Virus record (IMG/VR): IMGVR_UViG_3300021440_000007
Coordinates: 1 to 45,531 of that record
Length of the DNA: 45,531 bases
Strand: one strand, 5' to 3'
DNA from: a virus
Positions 40,021 through 45,531 of the stretch are shown piece by piece (within the stretch, counting starts at the first letter, position 1; each line of letters opens with the position of its first letter). The notes beneath the pieces are model-generated. The model ran no database searches. It had not been told where the DNA came from and saw only the letters and a list, made by a program, of their open reading frames with translations. The position numbers and the translations under genes are program-made.

Positions 40021-40719
40021 CTAAACCACATCGGCCCAATCGCCTCCGACCGTCCGATCCCCTTCTTCCCCCCACCCGTGGGTGGTATCCGATGCGTCGG
40101 GCTCGGCCGTCCACATGAACTTATCCAAGGTGGAATCGTCAACCACATCCATACGAACTCCCACGGGCTTGGCTTGACGTAGGGCACGGGCCAAGGAGTC
40201 CAAGTCCAAGTCCCCGAACCCGGAGTATATCCGGACCGTAAAGGCCGCGGGGAAAGCCTCTTGGATACGGGCCACCACGGTGGAGGGACCTAAGGCGGCC
40301 CGAATGATCTTATAGATATCCTCCACCCTACCGCTTGATTTGTTGATCAGGATGCGAACCCCGATCATCCTCCGGTAGGCATCATCCGTGCGGTCTTGCC
40401 GCTCCTCCTTGACGATAGTCCCCAGCCGGTCCAGTTGAATACCCACGGCATTGGCTAGATCCCTCTGGGTAAACAACGCGTAGAAGACCGCCTCCAGCTC
40501 TTGAAGTTGCTCCGTGAATGCGGAGAGAAAGTTCTCCATCCGGGGCTTGCGCTTGTACTGTTCGATGAAGTGGGAGATCGCCTCCGCCGTGTGGTCTGTC
40601 TTCATCGGGAGCGCGGCCCCGAGTTCATCCGTTAGTCCCGAGCCTAGTGGAACTCCATCCGTGCTCGGAGCTTCGGAGGTGAGGCCATCGGGATAAAGGG
40701 GGTAAGTAGCTTCGGCCAT
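40021..40719 (-). CDS. Baseplate wedge / fibre-adaptor protein (DUF2612-like)
   Basis: 232 aa. ...FIEQYKRKPRMENFLSAFTEQLQELE...GIQLDRLGTIV...DDAYRRMIGVRILINKSSG follows the DUF2612 pattern as I recall it. Confidence 0.45.
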   Translation of the reverse strand: MAEATYPLYPDGLTSEAPSTDGVPLGSGLTDELGAALPMKTDHTAEAISHFIEQYKRKPRMENFLSAFTEQLQELEAVFYALFTQRDLANAVGIQLDRLGTIVKEERQDRTDDAYRRMIGVRILINKSSGRVEDIYKIIRAALGPSTVVARIQEAFPAAFTVRIYSGFGDLDLDSLARALRQAKPVGVRMDVVDDSTLDKFMWTAEPDASDTTHGWGEEGDRTVGGDWADVV

Positions 40720-40723
40720 GATC

Positions 40724-41149
40724 CTATCCTTGCTCCTCTACGTTGCCGGTGGCGTCGGTGGCGTCTACTTGGATAGTTGGGCTCCCTAGCCACCCTCCGC
40801 TACGGATGAAGATGAAGGACAATCCTCCGGAGATCACGTTTACAGAACTCCCGCGGTAGTTACGGGAGAACGATCCCCGGCGGTAGACCACCTCCTCCAC
40901 CTCTAACTCCTTGAAGTTGGCGCTAATGACAAGGCGGGCCACATCCCCGTCTAGGTCCATAACCCGGGCGTAGATCTCCGTGTTTCGGTAGATGGGGGAC
41001 CCAGCCGTGGGCTTGTCCCAGAAGACCGTAGGAGGAGCACCCCCACCGGTGGCGCCCATCCCGCTGGTGGTACCTGGTATGTGGCCACCATGGAGATTCC
41101 CCGGGGAAAAGGTAGCCATCCCAAAACCCGAGCCCGCGCGGTCAGTCAT
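40724..41149 (-). CDS. Hypothetical baseplate-module protein
   Basis: 141-aa ORF with a 4-nt overlap on the upstream gene. Confidence 0.5.
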   Translation of the reverse strand: MTDRAGSGFGMATFSPGNLHGGHIPGTTSGMGATGGGAPPTVFWDKPTAGSPIYRNTEIYARVMDLDGDVARLVISANFKELEVEEVVYRRGSFSRNYRGSSVNVISGGLSFIFIRSGGWLGSPTIQVDATDATGNVEEQG

Positions 41150-42075
41150 AGGATGGGGGCCACGTTTTCCGGCCAGGGAACCAAGGAGTAACCGATCACC
41201 ACCTTGGCGTCCGTAGTCAAATCGTAGGTGTCTGGGTAGGCGTGAGTTGAAACGCTACAGTATTCCCGGTGGCGGAGAACCCCTTTCCAGGCTTGGCTGG
41301 TTTCAATCACGTACATGGGTTGCTTGACGAACTTCGCGTTATACGGACTAACGGGGAGGGCTGGTGGGTCCGCCCAGGTCTTGCTCCGGAAGGAGGCTCC
41401 TCCGAGCCCGTAAGCCGTCCAGAAACGGCCCACCCAGTGGAGCCCCGCATGGTTGCCCAACACGTTGTAGGCTCCCGCGTAGAACTTCACTCCGAGGAGA
41501 CAAGGGTCCGTGTCTTCCGCGGGGTAAGAGTTATCCCAAAGGGGCTCCTGTAGGATCGCGGTGTTACAGTACCCGGTACCGGCCACCGTGGTTAGAGCCC
41601 AGAACCCATAGCACCCACCCACCACGGTGGACTGGGCTATGAGGTGGGCTCTATACCCTCCACCGGCTACCACGAGTTGCGCGAAGGTGGGGGACGCGTG
41701 AGAGCCACCCCCCAAAATGATCTGTTCGTCCGTAGCGCTGGGGGTCTGGGTGGCCCCAGGGGAACCCCCTGTGAACTTAGCAGCCGCACTGTAACAGATC
41801 CTCCACTGGTGTTCATTGGTGGAAGTGTCCCGTTGGAACAACCACTCCCGCCTCCCTCCGGGCTCCTGTAAGCGGACCCAGGCCCGGGCGTTATTCAGGC
41901 CATTGGTTCCGGTGGCGTACCCCGTGACCTGGCCCCCACTGGAACTGTAGGTAGTACCGTCCGAGTCTGCCGGCTTGGTCCAGCCCGCCGCAATCAACAC
42001 AGCAAGCAAGCGGTAGACGAACTCCGCCCCGCCGTTTGCTCCTACCACCGTGTTTACATCATGGAACTTAGCCAT
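41146..42075 (-). CDS. Hypothetical baseplate/tail-fibre-module protein
   Basis: 309-aa ORF following the J-like gene. Gly/Thr/Ala-rich. Confidence 0.5.
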   Translation of the reverse strand: MAKFHDVNTVVGANGGAEFVYRLLAVLIAAGWTKPADSDGTTYSSSGGQVTGYATGTNGLNNARAWVRLQEPGGRREWLFQRDTSTNEHQWRICYSAAAKFTGGSPGATQTPSATDEQIILGGGSHASPTFAQLVVAGGGYRAHLIAQSTVVGGCYGFWALTTVAGTGYCNTAILQEPLWDNSYPAEDTDPCLLGVKFYAGAYNVLGNHAGLHWVGRFWTAYGLGGASFRSKTWADPPALPVSPYNAKFVKQPMYVIETSQAWKGVLRHREYCSVSTHAYPDTYDLTTDAKVVIGYSLVPWPENVAPIL

Positions 42076-42085
42076 TGAGATACCT

Positions 42086-43264
42086 CTAGATATACGTGAG
42101 GGTAATCGTTATGTCCGAGGTTTGCAGAGTGGCTAGACCCCGGACGGGGATCACGTAGTTAGAACCCACCGGAGCCACCACGGGGGTAGAGCTACCGATT
42201 TCCAGGGAGGTAATATCCTCCACACCGGAAGCCTCCATCACTTGGCCCGCCACTTGGAACAACACAAAATCCCGGCCGGTACGGAAGGTGTCAACCCAAT
42301 CGGTAAGCAGAACTTTCAGAGCGTTGTCCCCAATGTACGTATCGGCGTCAACGAGGAGATCAAGATTGAGTAACATCACATATTCGTCCGGACGGGAGAA
42401 GCTCACATCCTGGGCGTTGCCTTGGGAGTCGGTAATGGAGACGGTGGTGGTGCCTACGGTCTGAATACCCACGGGCTTGGTAAGCCACAGCCCCATGGCC
42501 ACGTCCGCATCCGAGCCCCCCAAGACCACAGCCTCTATGGAGTGAGGGGGCAAGCCGTTGATATCGGTGGAGTCTGTATCGTTGATCAGGACTTGAGCGG
42601 AAAGAACCGCGGTAACCTTGAGCAAGTCCGCCCTAACGGAGTCCTCCGTGGACCCACCGTCCGCCGTCAACTCTTCTTCCCGCTTGATCCGGAAAGCCGT
42701 ATCCGTCTCCGCCGTGGTTCCTAGGGCCGCGTCTAGGGGGTTAGTGATGGAGTTCCACCCCACCACAGTCTCCGCAATCACGGTAAGGGTCCCCGCATTG
42801 GCCCGAACGGGTCCGGTTTCTTCGGAAGCAAACGCCACCCCGTTCACGGTGGCCGGGAGGATACCCACGTTGGTTACCTCCACGGTGTTGGCAAACCGGG
42901 CTGTAGGGTCTCCCACAGCATGCGCGATCAAGGTCCCGATAGCATAGGTCCCCGGGTCTACGTTGACGTTAGCCAACACCGTGGAGGGCTGTGGAGCATC
43001 CGCCACGGTGCCCGTAATGGAGCCCACGGCCCGGAGGCTAAAGCCGCTAGCGCTATCCGGGTACATGGAGTTATAGACGGCTTCCGCCACCTCCCAGAGT
43101 TGACTAGCTTGCGAACAGAAGATCCCGATTTGTTGACCCAGGGGGGTACCGGCTTCCGTGTCCAAGGCGGAGGAGATCGTGGACTTCAGGGATGCGATTA
43201 CCTCCGATTGGATAACCTCCAAAGTCTTACGAACAAATCCCGTGAGTGTAACTCCGTAGGACAT
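42086..43264 (-). CDS. Baseplate J-like protein (Mu gp47 / P2 gpJ / T4 gp6 class)
   Basis: 392 aa. The N-terminus ...TLEVIQSEVIASLKSTISSALDTEAGTPLGQQIGIFCSQASQLWE is typical of Baseplate_J. It follows the gp25-like gene. Confidence 0.7.
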   Translation of the reverse strand: MSYGVTLTGFVRKTLEVIQSEVIASLKSTISSALDTEAGTPLGQQIGIFCSQASQLWEVAEAVYNSMYPDSASGFSLRAVGSITGTVADAPQPSTVLANVNVDPGTYAIGTLIAHAVGDPTARFANTVEVTNVGILPATVNGVAFASEETGPVRANAGTLTVIAETVVGWNSITNPLDAALGTTAETDTAFRIKREEELTADGGSTEDSVRADLLKVTAVLSAQVLINDTDSTDINGLPPHSIEAVVLGGSDADVAMGLWLTKPVGIQTVGTTTVSITDSQGNAQDVSFSRPDEYVMLLNLDLLVDADTYIGDNALKVLLTDWVDTFRTGRDFVLFQVAGQVMEASGVEDITSLEIGSSTPVVAPVGSNYVIPVRGLATLQTSDITITLTYI

Positions 43265-43663
43265 TTAGAACCTCAAGATATAAGGAGGGTATTCAGAGGA
43301 AACAAAGGTGGAGCCGTCTTGGAGTTTGGCTTCAAACCAAAGGACTAGCTCCCGGGTGCTTCCGTTGAACGTAAGGTTTAGGGTGGTGAGACTAGCAACC
43401 CCGGGACAAGTGACAATCAGGAGGGTAAAGATCGTCCGGATAAGTTTGAGGTCCGGTCCGTTGATCAGAATGTTTTGATAGAAGGGGGTCCCTTGGCGCT
43501 TGTCCAAGAACCACTCCCCCTTGAAGAACTGAAACCGGTTCCGTAGCCGTTGGTCTACTTGGTCAACCAAGCGGGTAAGCCACACGAAAGTCCCACCGGT
43601 TAGACGTAGGTCCCCCGGGATTGGATTCTCTAGGTCTACTGCCGGGGCTAACGCGAGTTCCAT
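43265..43663 (-). CDS. Baseplate wedge protein (gp25 / XkdS, DUF2634-like)
   Basis: 132 aa. GDLRLTGGTF...VDQRLRNRFQFFKGEWFLDKRQGTPF follows the family pattern. Lies between the spike and J-like genes. Confidence 0.55.
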   Translation of the reverse strand: MELALAPAVDLENPIPGDLRLTGGTFVWLTRLVDQVDQRLRNRFQFFKGEWFLDKRQGTPFYQNILINGPDLKLIRTIFTLLIVTCPGVASLTTLNLTFNGSTRELVLWFEAKLQDGSTFVSSEYPPYILRF

Positions 43664-43690
43664 CGTAGGGGTAGGTTACCACCACCCCCG

Positions 43691-44368
43691 TTAGGAGCCC
43701 ACTTTCAACACAGTAGAGCCGAAGGGCCCGTTACTAGAGGGGGTGGTGGGTACGGCCGAAGTAGCCGAAGCACTACCCGCGGTAACCCCCGGCACTTGGT
43801 GTATATGGGTGTTGGCCCAGTCTTCTAGAGCTTCAACCCTGGAGGCTAAGGCCACGTCCTCCGCGTTACCATCCACGTGGACCTCCCCATCCAAGATCCG
43901 GACAATGAGCCCCCCGAGCTTCCCCAGGGTGAGGTTATCTGGGTCCGCCACGAACGCGGAGACACTTGGGAAAAGCCCGGGGATAGCTATAGCATTACTC
44001 AAGTGGTGGAGCCGTTGGTCTCCAGGGGCCGAGCTTTCCCCTTTGCGAAACCAGGGAGCCGTATCCCGATCAAGACAGACCACCAAGACCGTATCCCCGG
44101 GTTTCAATGGGAAGTGGAGGAAGAAACCCCCGCCGCGCAAAGTCAACACCCGAACGGAGGGGAGCGTGGGGAGGTCCTCTACCACTTCGGACTCGGAGAC
44201 TCCGGAGGGAACCAACCGCTTTACCACGGGCTGGATATCGGCCACTTGCTTAGAAGCATCGTAGCTCAAGACCTTACCCACCAAGGCTACGTTTAGGTTC
44301 GTCAAGGCCGTGGCCAAAACCATCTTGAAGAGTTCCCCGGGGGAAGGTGTGCCGGACGTAGCTCCCAT
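43691..44368 (-). CDS. Central baseplate spike (Gp138 / gpV-like)
   Basis: Trimmed to MGATSG..., whose ATG lies directly after the hub stop. Contains VGKVLSYDASKQVADIQPVVKRLV...GGFFLHFPLKPGDTVLVVCLDRD (Gp138_N-like) and a C-terminal NTHIHQVPG (HxH apex motif). Confidence 0.65.
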   Translation of the reverse strand: MGATSGTPSPGELFKMVLATALTNLNVALVGKVLSYDASKQVADIQPVVKRLVPSGVSESEVVEDLPTLPSVRVLTLRGGGFFLHFPLKPGDTVLVVCLDRDTAPWFRKGESSAPGDQRLHHLSNAIAIPGLFPSVSAFVADPDNLTLGKLGGLIVRILDGEVHVDGNAEDVALASRVEALEDWANTHIHQVPGVTAGSASATSAVPTTPSSNGPFGSTVLKVGS

Positions 44369-44369
44369 G

Positions 44370-45221
44370 TTAGGCCGCCTTTGCTTCCATGTTACAATAC
44401 CATTCGTTGTCTTCCGTACCCCCCACATAGTTGGTTTTCTGGAGGGTATAGATACCCGCTAGGTCAACGGTATCAAACTGGACTTTACGCCCGGGGTATA
44501 GGTCGGGGATAAGCAAACTGGACGCGCTCACAGTCCCGTCCGCGTTCACCACTGGACGGTCAATGAGTCCGGTTCCAGAACCCAAGACCACGGCCGAAGC
44601 TTGAAGGGCTTTCCCCCGCTCTATCACTTGGACCGCCCCGTCCTGGATAGAGTAGGAGAGCCCCAGGGACCGGAGGATATGGGTTAGTTCGTCCGCCGCG
44701 TTCCCCGACAAAACACAACCATCAAAGAAGGTGCTCCCGGCCGAGCCCATCCGCTTACCCCGGACAATCTCGGGGAGGTTTCCTAGGCCCAGTCCCATGG
44801 CTTCGGCGCAAGCTTTGGCCACCACCTCCACCGTGGTCCCTGGAGGGAATGAGCGATTGACCCGGGACCAAATGACGGAGCGGCCTCCGTCCTCTCCAGA
44901 CACCTCCGTTATGAGGTCCGGGCCGGAGCGGGAAGTCCCAGCCCTCCGAAGGTCCCCCCGAAACAGGAGCATCATCCCCGATTGGTAGCCGGCCTCCAGC
45001 TCCACCCGAATCCGGCCGCGGCCCTTCTGTACCGAGAGGGCTTGGAGTTGCCGTTGGTGGTCCTGGATAAGGTTCCAGATCTTGATCGTGGCTTTGTTGG
45101 GCTCGGCCTTGATCGTCTTCTCCACGTCAAAGGACATAGTTATATCCCCTGGCTTACCCGTACCGGAAAACTGGAGGGTATCCACTCGCAAGCGCCAAGA
45201 ACGGCCGAATAGGAGACCCAC
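44370..45221 (-). CDS. Baseplate hub protein (XkdQ / Mu gp44-position)
   Basis: 283 aa. The N-terminus SWRLRVDTLQFSG...ITMSFDVEKTIKAEPNKATIKIWNL is typical of this hub family, from memory. Sits upstream of the spike. Confidence 0.5.
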   Translation of the reverse strand: MGLLFGRSWRLRVDTLQFSGTGKPGDITMSFDVEKTIKAEPNKATIKIWNLIQDHQRQLQALSVQKGRGRIRVELEAGYQSGMMLLFRGDLRRAGTSRSGPDLITEVSGEDGGRSVIWSRVNRSFPPGTTVEVVAKACAEAMGLGLGNLPEIVRGKRMGSAGSTFFDGCVLSGNAADELTHILRSLGLSYSIQDGAVQVIERGKALQASAVVLGSGTGLIDRPVVNADGTVSASSLLIPDLYPGRKVQFDTVDLAGIYTLQKTNYVGGTEDNEWYCNMEAKAA

Positions 45222-45449
45222 CTAAACCTCCGTCACAGAATCGTAGACCAAGACCACACGGTCCCCGAGTTCGGTCAACCCTGGGTCTAGCCCCTTTTCG
45301 GAGGTGTCCATAGCGATCAGGCTACCGGGGAAACAGCGTTCATCCACGATCCTCCGGGTCAAAGGAAAGTCCGCCACAACCTTGATCCCGTCAACGATGG
45401 GGGAGCCCGTTTGATCGGCAATGGATAGGTACCACTTAGCCTCCCGCAT
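45222..45449 (-). CDS. Small baseplate-module protein
   Basis: 75-aa ORF between the Dit-like and hub genes on the circular map. Its start lies inside the terminal repeat. Confidence 0.45.
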   Translation of the reverse strand: MREAKWYLSIADQTGSPIVDGIKVVADFPLTRRIVDERCFPGSLIAMDTSEKGLDPGLTELGDRVVLVYDSVTEV

Positions 45450-45531
45450 GTTCCACAGGAAGCGGAGGAGGTACTCCCGACCGTCCAGGATAGTCCGTTG
45501 GGTATAGCCGGAAAGCTCTGTAGAGGTGTTG
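45405..45531. repeat. Terminal direct repeat, copy 2 (identical to 1-127)
   Basis: Read directly; see copy 1. Confidence 0.9.

Noticed and set aside
1-45531. Lysogeny functions, diversity-generating retroelements, toxin-antitoxin systems and known anti-defence genes.
   Set aside because: Reading all ORFs, I found no integrase/recombinase, CI/Cro-like pair, reverse transcriptase or template/variable repeat pair. Small early ORFs (15247-17646, 18207-18512) could hide anti-defence proteins, but nothing in their sequences lets me say so.

Overview
The window is a complete, high-GC genome of a contractile-tailed phage. Bases 1-127 are repeated exactly at 45405-45531, so the unique length is 45,404 bp and the molecule is circular or terminally redundant. 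Two transcription arms diverge from an ORF-free control region of about 1 kb (21166-22177) and converge at 38063-38066.

The leftward (minus-strand) arm runs 21165 -> 146 and wraps to 45449 -> 38063. It carries these genes, in order:
- small early genes, including a Dam-type N6-adenine methyltransferase, Cys-rich proteins, and a LamG+SGNH esterase gene with foreign codon usage
- packaging and head genes: TerL, portal, Mu-F-like protein, scaffold/protease-like protein, major capsid protein
- connector proteins, sheath, tube, and G/G-T chaperones with a TTTTTTA -1 frameshift site
- tape measure and a Mu/PBSX-type baseplate: Dit-like, hub, Gp138-like spike, gp25-like, J-like
- tail fibre, a TM/coiled-coil lysis protein and an amidase

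The rightward (plus-strand) arm (22178-38066) is the replication/recombination module:
- AEP primase-SF3 helicase
- a Cas4-like Fe-S nuclease fusion
- an SNF2-type helicase
- a lysine-rich H1-like winged-helix protein
- a PolA-type polymerase
- a RuvC-like resolvase
- a zinc-finger/MazZ-like dNTP pyrophosphohydrolase
- a stand-alone Spo11/Topo VI-A-like (Mini-A-type) protein
- an NDT-fold-like protein and small ORFs

I saw no integrase, repressor, tRNA, CRISPR array or reverse transcriptase.

The most interesting items are:
- the Spo11/Top6A-like protein, embedded in a translationally coupled cassette
- the linker-histone-like protein
- the repeat-dense, AT-cored control region
- the codon-usage island
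- the nuclease fusion

All family assignments come from motif reading by eye and memory. No searches were run.
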